Source: Candidatus Bathyarchaeota archaeon | GTDB lineage: Archaea > Thermoproteota > Bathyarchaeia > Bathyarchaeales > Bathycorpusculaceae | NCBI GenBank assembly: GCA_963750605.1 | Contig: CAVVRN010000018.1 | Coordinates: 49,680 to 113,679, forward strand | DNA: 64,000 nt | Direction: 5' to 3' | Shown here: in pieces, positions 32,501 through 43,694 of the stretch | Position numbering within the stretch: the first letter of the stretch is position 1 | How the letters are laid out: every line of letters begins with the position of its first letter | Program-made: the position numbers and the translations under genes | The notes under the pieces: generated by a model | Database searches by the model: none | Told to the model about the DNA's origin: nothing | Seen by the model: the letters and a program-made list of their open reading frames with translations, nothing else

Positions 32501-33731
32501 TCAACTATTTGCTACGAGAGTCTTGAGAATTTTTTGTATTGTTGCCATCGGAGCATTTGTTTTTACTCCTCTGGTGTTAAAATGGGTTTGGACCGCTTGA
32601 AAGCCTTCTTTACGGATATTATTGATAAATGCTTGTATGGATGGCGATGGAAGCCCGAGTTTTCCGCTTAACTTGTCAACCACAAAGTAAGTTATGAGTG
32701 CTGAGGTTTCCTCTTTGGTTAAGGTTGAGGAGTTTTGTGATTCTGGCGCTGTTTTTGAAAGCCACTGACCTGTTTTCTTTCATCATTAGTTCAATGAAAT
32801 TTGGGTCCAAAATGTTTCCAAGCCAAAGTGGTCCTGCCCAATCCATTTTTGAGCCGCATTCAGGACATTGCAGGCTTCCAAAGGGTTGATGCGTACTTTC
32901 CCGATGATAACAGTTAAAGCAGTGCAGAATGTACCCGAGGGTTTTGATGCTTTCATCTGACTTCTTTGCCCCGTAAGCGATTTGAGTGTAAAGGCGAATG
33001 TAGTGCTCGCTGCTGTGGCTGAAAAGAACCTTTATGCCGATGTCATGTTTCGCGGCTATGGTTGCGGTGCATCCGGTTAAAAGTCGAACGGCAAGTTCAT
33101 GGCAATATTCCGTTCGTAGGGGTCTGCCGCCGTATTTTCGAACGCAAGCTTTAGCATGTACTCCGCATAGCGGGGCAAGATCGGTTGCTGTTGAAGAAAG
33201 TAAGCCATTGTTTTTGATGGAGCGAAACGCTGAATCCAAAAATGGAGCGGGAGTGCCAAACGGATCGATATCAATAATATCAAATCTTTTTGTGGGTGAG
33301 GCATTGCAGCTTAAAACGGCATTTGCATCTTTATGCTTAACTGCAATTTTATCTTCCAACTCATTGAGTTCAACGTTGTGTTTTGCAAGCTTGTATGCTC
33401 GCTCGTTAATGTCGCTGATCAAAACTCTGTTTACGCCCTCAATTTCCGTGGCGAAACGCAACCCGCGGATTCCTTGGCTAGTTAATGGGTCACAAATGGT
33501 GATTTCATGGTTAACCATGCGTTGGTAGGCTTGGAACGCTAAAACTGTTAGATCGCGGTTGAATTCCATGACGGGGTTGTAGAAGACTGGAGCCCGAGAC
33601 GGTGCATAATCAGACGGTATTACACCATAGGCTTCGAGTTTTGGCACTAATACTTGCACTTTGCCTTCCTTGATTATTTCGCTTGGAAAATCGGCTATAT
33701 AACCGTCATCAACCATGCAGGTTTGCTCCAA
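32501..33731 (-). CDS. trm1: tRNA (guanine-26-N2) dimethyltransferase, frameshifted near 32690
   Basis: VFYNPVMEFNRD, GIRGLR, IDIDPFG, TATD, CPECG, GPLW.G, THF...G.KTNAP. Confidence 0.95.
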
Positions 33732-33793
33732 AGTTTGTTAATGAAAAGAATTTTATCGCCTATTAGACTTCTGGTTAAACTGGTGCGAATCAA

Positions 33794-34357
33794 TTGCAGA
33801 AGCGTATTTTGCTGTTAACGGGTGCTCCGGGTGTTGGAAAAACAACGGCGTTGAAGAAGACTGTGGACGCTCTCAAAGCGAAGAGTATCAGCGTCGGCGG
33901 CATGATAAGCCGTGAATCACGTGAGGGTAGTGTGCGGGTCGGTTTTGAAATCATAGACTTAACCAACGGCAAACACGGGTGGCTAGCACACATCAACCAG
34001 ACGAATGGCCCACAAGTCGGCAAGTACCACATTAATCTTCAAGACCTCGATAACATAGGCGTACAAGCCATCACGGAAGCCACAGAAAAACTCAGTGCCG
34101 TTGCTATTGATGAGATTGGCCCTATGGAGCTTTATTCCCAAAAATTCAAGCAAGCCGTAGCGCAAGCCTTGGAAAGCAAAAAACTGATTTTAGCCACCGT
34201 ACATGCAAAAGCAAAAGACGCGCTAATAAACGAGGCAAAACAAAGAAACGACACAGAAATTTATGTGGCAACGTTGTTAAATCGAGATGACTTGCCGCAG
34301 GAAATAGAAAAGCAAGCCTTGAGTTTTCTTTCCTTAGCTAAATCCAGTCAGTTTTGA
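33794..34357 (+). CDS. Nucleoside-triphosphatase (THEP1 family)
   Basis: LTGAPGVGKTT, RVGF, VGKY, IDEIGPMEL. Confidence 0.93.
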   Translation: MQKRILLLTGAPGVGKTTALKKTVDALKAKSISVGGMISRESREGSVRVGFEIIDLTNGKHGWLAHINQTNGPQVGKYHINLQDLDNIGVQAITEATEKLSAVAIDEIGPMELYSQKFKQAVAQALESKKLILATVHAKAKDALINEAKQRNDTEIYVATLLNRDDLPQEIEKQALSFLSLAKSSQF

Positions 34358-34462
34358 TTTGCTTTACCATTTTAAAGTGTATATCATCCGTAACACAAGG
34401 ATTTACTGATCTTCAGCCCGATATTCATCTAGTAATTTCTTCATTTCTTCTTGACGATGTGT

Positions 34463-34750
34463 TTACTGTTTTTTGGTTTTAGCTTTCCTCGTTGATGCTT
34501 TGGTTTTTATCGGCTCATCCCAGTATTTGTCGAATTCTTTTGGTGACATAATGTCTAAGCTCTTTAATTGCTGGCTGAAAGCGTCAAGTGCGCAGGGATT
34601 GTTTAGGTGTGCATGGTAAACTTCGATTAACAGATTTATTGCCATGGATTGTGAAATAGGTTTTTTCGCCATTAATGTTAATTCTTCAGCAGTTTTGGCT
34701 AAGTCGTCACTTATTTTTTCCGGCAAATTTAGAGTTTTCAAGTTAATCAC
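34463..34750 (-). CDS. Hypothetical protein, possibly ribbon-helix-helix
   Basis: KTLNLP strand followed by two helices with an S..MAI.LL motif. Confidence 0.55.
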   Translation of the reverse strand: MINLKTLNLPEKISDDLAKTAEELTLMAKKPISQSMAINLLIEVYHAHLNNPCALDAFSQQLKSLDIMSPKEFDKYWDEPIKTKASTRKAKTKKQ

Positions 34751-35286
34751 TCACAGGCTTTTGCTAATTGTTGTGCCTTCTTCTTAATTTTTGCTAAATC
34801 TTCGGTTGTCGGTTTTCCTCTGATGTCGCCAAGCTTGCCCTTTGTGCTTAAGTCTTCTCTACCATGAAACTCTCCTGGAATATACCATTCGGCAACTACG
34901 TTAAAGCCAAAATGTTCAAAGTACTGTCTCATAGTTTTGCCAGCTGGAGTTGCTTCATCGATTCCTGTATGTGGCCCTGAGTAAGTGCAGAAGATTAACG
35001 CGTTTTTTCCTTTTATTTTAGGTGCACAGGGTTTGATTTTTCCTTGGCTTCGATACAAATTAAGTTTAGCTTTTAGAAAGTCCGTCATGGGTTTAGCAGG
35101 TTGCCACTCAATTGATGGTGAACCAACACAAACCAAATCATAATCAAAAAAATCTATTTCAGGGGCTTCTTGAGTTTTCTTCAAATCAACTCTTAATCCT
35201 GCTGTTTCTAATCCCTCTTTGATTGCATAAGCAACTTTCTCTGTATTTCCTGTATTTGAAAAGAAAATTATTAACGCTGACTTCAA
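34747..35286 (-). CDS. Flavodoxin-like protein
   Basis: FSNTGNTEKVA, VGSP, FCTYSG; TTG start at 35286. Confidence 0.85.
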   Translation of the reverse strand: MKSALIIFFSNTGNTEKVAYAIKEGLETAGLRVDLKKTQEAPEIDFFDYDLVCVGSPSIEWQPAKPMTDFLKAKLNLYRSQGKIKPCAPKIKGKNALIFCTYSGPHTGIDEATPAGKTMRQYFEHFGFNVVAEWYIPGEFHGREDLSTKGKLGDIRGKPTTEDLAKIKKKAQQLAKACE

Positions 35287-35457
35287 ACTTATCACTGAAA
35301 AATAATGCTTTATTGGATTATAAAACAGTTTAGACCTCGATTCTTTGTCATGATCTATCTTACCATTCAAGAAAGACGTAAAAACGAATATTCTAAACAA
35401 GCACTTACTATAAATAGCAATCAAGCAATAGTTAATGGCAAGGTTCTGGTGACTTTT

Positions 35458-36697
35458 TTGAGAATAGGCTTCTTTGTTTATGAATATCCGCCTCAACTTG
35501 TCGGTGGCTTAGGCACCTACGCAGAAAACATTGCCCATGAATATGTTGACATTGGACATGATGTTTCGGTTTTTACTCTTAATAATAATGGGTTGCCGAC
35601 AAGAGAAATCCTTCGTGGCGTAGAAGTTCACAGACCACAAATAGCTGATGCAAGTAACATCTGGCCGTTTTTTGTAGTTGATGACCTCAAAAAATGGGGC
35701 ACCAACATCAAACTCTTCAACGACATTTTCATCTACAACATACTAAGCGCCACCAAATTCATTAACAGCTTAATAGAGAAAGAAAAATACAAATTTGACG
35801 TTGTCTGCGTTCATGACTGGCTAAGCAGCATAGCAGGCTTAGTTATCAAAAATGAAACTAAGATACCAGTAGTTTTCCATACTCATAGTACGGAATGGGG
35901 GCAGAAGTGGTGGATCAGGCTCTGAGGTAGTGTCGCATTTAGAAAGTGCTATGGCTCAAAACGCAGACAAAATAATAACTGTAAGCTACGCAATGCATGA
36001 AGATCTTACAAAACATGGATGGCCAACCTCCAAAATCAGCGTGGTCTGGAACGGCGTAGACCCTGAAATGTACAACCCGTTAAACGTACAAAAAGAAGAT
36101 GTAGTGGCAATCAGACAAAAATATGGCATTCCCGACGGTTGGAATATGCTGCTTTTCGTTGGAAGACTTACATGGGTAAAAGGCGTGCGAAATCTTTTGC
36201 AGGCGATGCCTCTTGTTCTCAAAGAGAACCCTAATACTAAACTGGTTATTTTAGGCAAAGGCGAAGAACAAGCTGACATACAAGAAACTGCTGAGCGATT
36301 AAACATCAAGGATAAAATCGTTTACCGCTTCGACTTCGTATCTGAAAAAGAACGGATCCTTCATTACGCCGCGTCTGATGTGTGCGTTTTTCCTTCGATT
36401 TATGAGCCGTTTGGAATTGTTAGTTTAGAAGCGATGGCTATGGAGAAACCTGTGGTTGTTGGCGCAAAAGGGGTGGTGGGTTTCAAAGAGCAAGTCGTTA
36501 ACGGCGGCGTAGACCAATGTGGGGTTCATATTAACGGTGAAGACCCTGCAGACATAGCATGGGGAATAAATGAAACATTGCGTGACCCAGAAAAAGCTAA
36601 GAACTGGGGCGAAAACGGCAGACGAAGGGTGCTGGAATATTTTACTTGGCGAAAAGTTGCTGAAGAAACAAGCAAAATCTACGAGTCATTGCTCTAA
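35458..36697 (+). CDS. GT4 glycosyltransferase (glycogen-synthase-like), frameshifted near 35900
   Basis: EYPP..VGGLG, HDW, HSTE, FVGRL..VKG, PSIYEPFGIV.LEAMA. Confidence 0.92.
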
Positions 36698-37393
36698 CCA
36701 TTAGAGCTTAAATGGCAACAATTATTAATCGAATTTTGGATACGATTGTAGATTTGCTTTCATTCAGACTAACATTAATCCAGTGCTATCTAATATTATT
36801 CATTCTTAGTTTGTTAAATTATAATGCCAACTCTGTTTTGGAATTGTGCTATGTTTTTTCATGTCCTTAAATTAATACTGGATAAAATCAATACCAGCAA
36901 ATGTGCACAGGTAAAACGCATGTAAACTGAGGGGCAAAAATTATCGTTAAGCAGATTTAGCCGAGTTCTAATACCTTAAAGTGTTAAAAATCGAGAGGGG
37001 GTAACACTTTATGGCGCATTAGCAGCCGAATCCGCTTAAGCAACCGCTGGCTCTTAGCTTATTCTTGATAACCAAGTTCTGCTCAAAAGAATATAAAATT
37101 GTGTTGTCACAGATTGATACCAACAAGTCACTGATTTATAGTGCAAAATTTTATGTTTGTTTTTCAAAACGAGTATCAATTTTTTTCATGCCAATGTAAA
37201 GTGAAATAAACTATATGGTAAAAATGAATACTTGAAAAATTGCAATAACTGTTAGAAAGCAGCTATAAACGAACGTTAAAAAAGATGAATTTATTTTCTT
37301 TTTGAGTGTTTCCTTGATTAAATATTGGTAGGGTAAATGAAAAAATGAGATATGATGTTTATGTTGCAAGCATATCGGCAACTTGAAGCAACC

Positions 37394-38327
37394 TCAAATC
37401 AATCGGCTTCTTACCGTTGGCTGCAATGTCTCAAGATCAAAACCCGTAATCACGCCATTCTGCAATCCAACTGCCATATTGCTTTGCCCTTGACAGATCA
37501 AATCAACAGCTTTCTCTGCGAATAAACTGGCAAGCAATCTGCTTCTTGTTGTCGGGCTTCCGCCTCGCTGTGCATAACCCAAGAATGGACAGCCGAACTT
37601 CAGATTCAGTCTGCTGCTGCATTTCCAATGCCAATTTACTTGTGTTGCCACAACCCTCTGCCGCAACAATTATTCCTGCTCTTTTGCCTTTTTTAGCGCT
37701 TTCATCCATCAACCTCACAATATCAGCAAGGCTCATAGGTTTCTCCGGAATCAAAATCACTTCTGCACCAACACATATGCCAACTTCCAAAGCTAGAAAT
37801 CCTCTTTTTCTCCCCATAACTTCAACAATAAATATTCTTTCATGAGAAATCGCTGTATCTCTAATTTTGTCGATGGTGCCTACAGCCGTGTTAACCGCTG
37901 TGTCAAACCCGATTGTTTCATCTGTTCCACAAACATCATTGTCAATTGTAGCAGGTATCCCAACCATTAATGCATCACTTTTCCTGCCAAGATCTAAAGC
38001 GCCTCTAAATGACCCGTCGCCGCCTATAACAACTAAACCATCAACATTATTTATTGACAAGGTTTCTGCTGCCTTCTCAACGGCGCCTTTCTCTTCAAAA
38101 CTTGGACACCGAAGCGTGTGAAGTATGGTGCCGCCTAACTGAATAATTCCGCCCACACTGCGGGGAGTAAGCCTTCGAAATGTGTTTGTTAATAATCCAT
38201 CCCAGCCTCTCTCGAAACCTACAACTTGGAACCCCTTCGCGTGTCCGATGCGTGTTATTGCTCGGATTGCAGCGTTCATGCCTGGCGCATCCCCACCAGA
38301 AGTAACTATGCCAATAGTTTTTGTCAT
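37394..38327 (-). CDS. pfkA: 6-phosphofructokinase, bacterial PfkA type, frameshifted near 37585
   Basis: TSGGDAPGMNAA, GGTIL, GGDGSF, PATIDND, GFDTA, VEVMGR, AEG, GY.QRGG. Confidence 0.93.
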
Positions 38328-38459
38328 GCAGATAACCTTTTTTTCTTGAAAATCAATCTAAATCATTCTTGATAGTAGATTAAAATGTTTAGTATGGCTG
38401 GACAACATGGAAGATGCCAAAAAACATAAATTGTTTGCTCTTATCCTTATGGACTTTGT

Positions 38460-38613
38460 CGGGAGGTAGCTCAGCCTGGCAGAGCTCTCGAGCTGGCTAA
38501 CATGCTTAGCCGGTGGAGACGCTGTAGAGGTCTACCCATGGTAGGCTTTATTCTAGCCTGTCTAGGCCACAGATACCGAGCCGTCGCAGGTTCAAATCCT
38601 GCTCTCCCGACCA
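38460..38613 (+). tRNA. tRNA-Tyr(GTA) with two introns (38491-38520 at 30/31; 38528-38574 at 37/38)
   Basis: Acceptor CGGGAGG/TCTCCCG with C1-G72 and A73-CCA; spliced anticodon arm CTCGG-CTGTAGA-CCGAG; both introns form BHB motifs. Confidence 0.92.
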
Positions 38614-38683
38614 TCTTTTCTTAGTTCAAAATAATGAATAGACGAATTAAAAAAATGCATGATACTTCAGAAAAAATTCTGAA

Positions 38684-39397
38684 TTATTTGAATTTGTTTC
38701 CGTATTTGTTATGGTAGGCGAAGTCTTCGATGTCGCGGCGTACTCTAAAGTATTTGTTTGCGCCCATTGGGTAGCCTAAGCGGCATGTGAAAGCGATTCT
38801 CATGTATTCTGGAACGTTGAGAATCTTCCTTATTTCGGATTCAACGGGTGGAGTTGAGAACGAGCTGAGAATATGTAAACTAATGCCTAAGGACTGCGCC
38901 ATAAGCCAAATGTTCTCCATTAAGCAGCCTAAGCTTATGAAGCCTAAAACATCTCCATGGGAAGCTGGAGCCCTTTTTCTGGAATCATAAACTACTATTA
39001 GCAATGTTGGGCTTCCTCGGATAGATTGGGTTAGTGGCATAGGTTGTGCTTTCTGAGCGGCTTCAGCCATTTTTTTTGGGTCAACCCAATCAGGCGGGAA
39101 CATTGCGCCTAAAATGCCAGTTTTCTTTTTAATTAGCTCTTCTTTTGAAAAAGAAAGTTGCTCATAGTTTTCTCGTAGGAACTCTTCGGAGATGCGTGAT
39201 TTGATTCCGCCAATCTTTTCAAGAACCGCTTTGTCGTCAATGACTATTACATCGAAGTTTTGCATGTTATGAGCTGTCGGGGTCCATCGTGCTGCTTCAA
39301 GGATTTTTTTGAGGTCCTCTTTTGGAACCTGCTTGTTTGGGTCATAGGGAACTCTTGCGGATTGTCTTTCTTGAATGATTTTTAGGATTTCACTCAT
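38684..39397 (-). CDS. Nitroreductase family protein
   Basis: RQSAR, LEAARW.PTAHNMQ, ENIWL.A.SLG, LGYP. Confidence 0.92.
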   Translation of the reverse strand: MSEILKIIQERQSARVPYDPNKQVPKEDLKKILEAARWTPTAHNMQNFDVIVIDDKAVLEKIGGIKSRISEEFLRENYEQLSFSKEELIKKKTGILGAMFPPDWVDPKKMAEAAQKAQPMPLTQSIRGSPTLLIVVYDSRKRAPASHGDVLGFISLGCLMENIWLMAQSLGISLHILSSFSTPPVESEIRKILNVPEYMRIAFTCRLGYPMGANKYFRVRRDIEDFAYHNKYGNKFK

Positions 39398-39400
39398 TTG

Positions 39401-40415
39401 TTATGCCTCACTTATTTTTAGAACTGCTCGAAAATGCACTTTTGACGTCATCATGCGGTCAAAAGCCTCTGCGGCTTGTTCAAGCGGAAAGACTTCAACC
39501 ATGGGAACAACATGTGTAAGAACGCTAAACTTCATTGTGTCAGCGGCGTTTCCGCCTACCCAACCGCTCACAGACCGAACAGCACGCATCAGTTGAGTTG
39601 GCGAAATCTGCATCGGCTCATTAACAAAAGTTATGATTATCATTTGACCGCCGCGGCCAAGTCCTTCAACCAGGTCTGAGATGGCTTTGCTGTTTGGCGC
39701 TGTGCAGAAGATGGCGCGTGCTCCGCCTAATTTCATTAATTCTTCGGCTGCGTTTACTTTGTTTGTGTCAATGTAAATATGTGTGCCTAGCTTGCGGGCT
39801 AATGCTTCTTTTTCGTTGCCACGAGATATTACCGCGACTTTTAAGCCTAACTTGACAGCGAACTGCAACGCTAAATGACCTAAGCCTCCGAACCCTTGAA
39901 TTGCAATTAAGTCGCCGCCCTTTACTTTGCTGCTTTTCAGGGCGCCAAGCGTGGTTGCTCCCGCACAAAGAAGCGGTGCCGCTTCAACTGAGGTTAATTC
40001 GTCTGGGATAGCGGTTAGCACATCCATTCTGGCAACCATGTATTCAGCGTATCCGCCGTCGCTTGAAATGCCTGTCGCCAAAGGACTTTCGCAAGCCCAA
40101 TAATCGCCTTTCAAGCAGAACTTGCAATGCATAGCAATGTCCTCCGCGCCAGCCTACTCCGACTCTTTGCCCTACCTTCCAATAATGTGATTCTGAACCC
40201 AGTTTGAGGATGGTGCCGACAACTTCGTGACCGGGGGTTCTGGGATATTGCAAACCAGGAAAATATCCTTGTTTAACAATTGCATCTCCATGACAGACTC
40301 CGCAAGCCTGAACTTTAAGAAGAACCTCGTGTTCTTTGGGTTCTGGAATTTCTTTTTGAACTAGCTCAAAATCTGCGCCTGGCGCTTTAACTTGAATTGC
40401 TTTCATTAATGGCAT
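39401..40415 (-). CDS. Zn-dependent alcohol dehydrogenase, frameshifted near 40135
   Basis: CGVCHGD, GHEVVG, DGGYAEY, APLLCAG.T, GFGGLGH. Confidence 0.93.
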
Positions 40416-40506
40416 AAAATTTCTCCTTTCTCTTTGAACAGGTTATTTGGATATAAATCTTGTTAAAACAAAAAAATCACAGCAACCCACGATAATCTCT
40501 GGGACA

Positions 40507-40995
40507 CTAATCGTGCATTAACACGATTTCTCCAGGAGCAAACCAAATAGCCCTGTAAAACTCAAAGACTCGCCAACCGAAAAGCCGCCGTAAACTCCAA
40601 AAAACCCATTCTTCTAAAACCCTGCAAGCTAAGCACCGATAAAGCAGCAACATTTCTTCTTTGCGTTGAAGCAAAAACTGCCGCTGCCCCTTCTTGCTTG
40701 AGACTTTTGAGTGGCACTGTATGTAAGTGATGCTGCGATGCCTTTCCGTCGGAAACTCGGGTGAACTGCAATCCACAGAATGCAGCTGTACTTTTTGGCT
40801 GCCGATACTGAAAGTCAATGAGTTTGGCGAAGCCAACAACCTCTTCGCTTGTCTCAGCTACAAGCACTTGTCCTTCTTCTTGTAGGCTGTGAGATGCGAA
40901 GAAACGGTAGAACATTGGAAAAGACAGATCTATAACTTGCTTAATTTGATTTAAGTCATTTGAGTCATTTGCCTAATATTGAAATCGGTTTCCAA
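40507..40995 (-). CDS. GNAT acetyltransferase, several frameshifts
   Basis: VLVAE..EEVVGFAK, WIAVHP..RRKGIAS, STQR.N.AAL....GF read across frames. Confidence 0.7.
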
Positions 40996-41042
40996 AGAAG
41001 GAATTCCTCAATTAAAGAAGTTGCAAGACGCATTATTAATGG

Positions 41043-42210
41043 TTAAAGCAAAAAAACGCTTGCTAAATGAGGTGTGAGCGGTGGAGCCTCCACTGGTGCA
41101 TTCTCAGGTTTTTTATGGGAAAAGATTAGGCTTGTGGACTTTACAATTTGGGGTACGCCTGCAAGGTCTTCAAAGATTAGTAAGCCACGTGCAAGCAATG
41201 CGAATGCGGCTATTGGCGCCACCAGTTCTGGGTGAGCAGGAACGTTAGCGACGAGTCCCAAGATGCCTATGATTCCGAATTCTTGCACGCCGATTCCGGC
41301 TGGAGTTATTGGCACGAATGCGAGAGCGGTTACTAATGGGTGAATTAGGAAGAAGGCTAACCACCACCATGGCGTTAATTGTGAGATTCCTAATGCGTAG
41401 CCTAAAAACCACCATTCAAAACCTTTTATGATCCAGCATGAGAAGGTTAAACCAACTATTTCTGGGATTGCTTTGCTTGTGCTGCTTGAGCTTTCTTTGT
41501 ATTCTTCAAGTTTTCCCATTATGCCGCCTGTGAATCTTTTGAGGATACCGTGAGTTTGCAATTTTGTCAAATATTGAGATGGCTCGTTTGGACCATGTGA
41601 AAGCGGCAAGGACGATTGCGCCAACCATCATCAAGCTTATTCCGAGCACTGCAGCAAGAAAGCCAATGTTTACCCCAAAAACGCTTACATGATGAAACAC
41701 TGTATCCCATGTTGCGGGCGATGCTGCGCTTACAAGGAAAATTATTGCGCCTATTCCGCCGACTACTTTTATTAGAAACTCAAATGTCTGGATGCCTAGA
41801 ACGCTTGAGAGGCTTTTCGATGTTGGCACATCTTGGTCTCTTAGGTAAACTGGCGTGAGAATGTACCCTGATCGTCCAGGGGTTACATCGCTTGTTAACA
41901 TGCCCGCATATTGGGCAAGTAACGTTTTGCCAAAAGATGTCTTTACACCGTTTTTGCTTAGGACCCTTCTGAGCCGCACTGTAAAAAGGAGGTTTATTCC
42001 AAAGTACATTAGAAAAGCAAGAAGCAAGATATTCGACTTTAATGTGAAGCAGCGCCTTGTATATTGAACCTACTCCGACATACCAAAATAAAGCTGCTAA
42101 AATCGCCACCATAAAAACTACTTCAAGAGTATCCTGAAGATATTTGCGTGAACGAGATGATTTCTTGGTTTTAGAGGCATATCTGAAGATGTCATTGTAG
42201 CATCAACCAT
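41043..42210 (-). CDS. UPF0104 flippase-like membrane protein, frameshifted
   Basis: SDVTPGRSG, VPITPAGIGVQE, LLARG; multiple TM helices. Confidence 0.82.
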
Positions 42211-42297
42211 GTATTTTGACTGTTAAATCTCTTATGGAAATTTAATTTAACAAATAAAGTAGGTTGTAAATGCACTCATTCCTTGTTTTAATCTTTC

Positions 42298-42480
42298 TTA
42301 TGGTCTTACGCATTCGGCTTTTGGCTTATACGGGCGCTTAGTTGTTCTTTTGCGTTTATGATATTCGCATTCATTAATTCGTGTAAGCATCCAGCCTTTA
42401 TCTTGATAGATGCATCCACATGGCAACTTTACCGATTTATGTTCCTTAGCTTTCTCTAATTTTCTGGTTGCATCTGCCAT
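42298..42480 (-). CDS. Small basic Cys/His protein
   Basis: LPCGC...C.YH with a Lys/Arg-rich tail. Confidence 0.5.
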   Translation of the reverse strand: MADATRKLEKAKEHKSVKLPCGCIYQDKGWMLTRINECEYHKRKRTTKRPYKPKAECVRP

Positions 42481-42581
42481 TCTTTAGCCATCAAGGTCTC
42501 ATTGCAGAATTAATAATATTAACTTTAACATATCAGTTCTTTAAAAATTAAAAAGAAAAAGAAAATGTGGGAATGATGTTT

Positions 42582-43387
42582 TTACATGTTAGATGCGACT
42601 GTTGAAAGGTCAGCTATGTCTATTTTGTAGTGGCCGCAAAGTCCAATTTTGCGTCGTAGTTTCCCCAGCCTGGCATTGCCCCGTAGCTGTGTATTACTGC
42701 TGCCACGTCTGCTCTGGTGACTGCATTGGTTGTTGTGTCGTCAGTTACTTTAAATGGGTTGAACTGTACTTGTCTTTGAACTGAGCGGAAGACTGAACCT
42801 GTTAATGGGTCTATTCCGTTTATTGCAAGAGCTGAATTTGGTCCAGTTATCTGTAACGTTGAGTTCTCCGTATGCCTTTTGAACGGATGTGTCTGAGCTT
42901 CGATGGACTGATGTTATACTGCCACTTGAATCAGTAATAATTGTTACATTGCTCATTACTGTATAAACGTTCCATGTGCCGTTAAGGAAGTAGTTGGGGT
43001 CAGTTGTGCTTGTGCTTAAAGTTGATACTGAAGCATTCACTAATCTTGCTGTGTAGAAAGTATAGGTGAAGTTTTGTTTTGATTCAACGCCGCTGATTGG
43101 ACGAGATGTATTAGTTGTCCAAATGGCGGTTGCTGAAGCTAATTGGTTGGTGTTTGCGTCATTAAATAATGATGTTCCTGCTTGAGTTTGAAGAGCACCA
43201 TTCACGCGGTGGTTCCCCATTCAGCTAATGATGCCATTAAGCCTTATGTAGCTTCTCTGAAGTAGTCCATTTTTAACGTTGCTGCAGTGTTTGGACTGAC
43301 CATGGATGCGTTGGCTCCTGCTAAGCTTAAACTGCTTATGGCGACTAATGCGATGATTAAAAGCGCTATTGGAATTTTCTTGTTCAT
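42582..43387 (-). CDS. Secreted protein with C-terminal dockerin-like module, frameshifted
   Basis: Signal peptide MNKKIPIALLIIALVAISSL; C-terminus VTRADVAAVIHSYGAMPGWGNYDAKLDF/GHYKIDIADLSTVASNM*. Confidence 0.72.
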
Positions 43388-43483
43388 TTTTCGTAATCCT
43401 CTTTTAGATTTCTTGAAATGCCCTTGTTAGTTTATAAATAAAAGCGTTTCTGAGCTTATTTTTGCTAAATAAGCGCTCTAACC

Positions 43484-43518
43484 GTTCATTTTTGTTCACA
43501 ACTGTTCATTTAAGTTTA
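43484..43518. promoter_or_regulatory. GTTCA direct repeats at 10-bp period in a divergent intergenic region
   Basis: GTTCA at 43484, 43494 and 43504; GTTTA at 43514. Confidence 0.6.
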
Positions 43519-43694
43519 TTTGCCTTTTCACAACATAAAAGCTGCTCTTTAGGATGAAATCATGGCTTTCGAACGCTTGCTTACAAATTGTTAAAGAAAA
43601 GTCAAGATGAACGGATAGAAAAACTGCGCCCAAAGAATTTTTCGGGTAGAAGCGTAACTCTTATAATTCTTAAATATGTCATAATTTCCTATTA

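Noticed and set aside
36700-37390. 700-bp intergenic gap as a possible ncRNA or hidden gene
   Set aside because: AT-rich; I found no convincing ORF, stem or repeat
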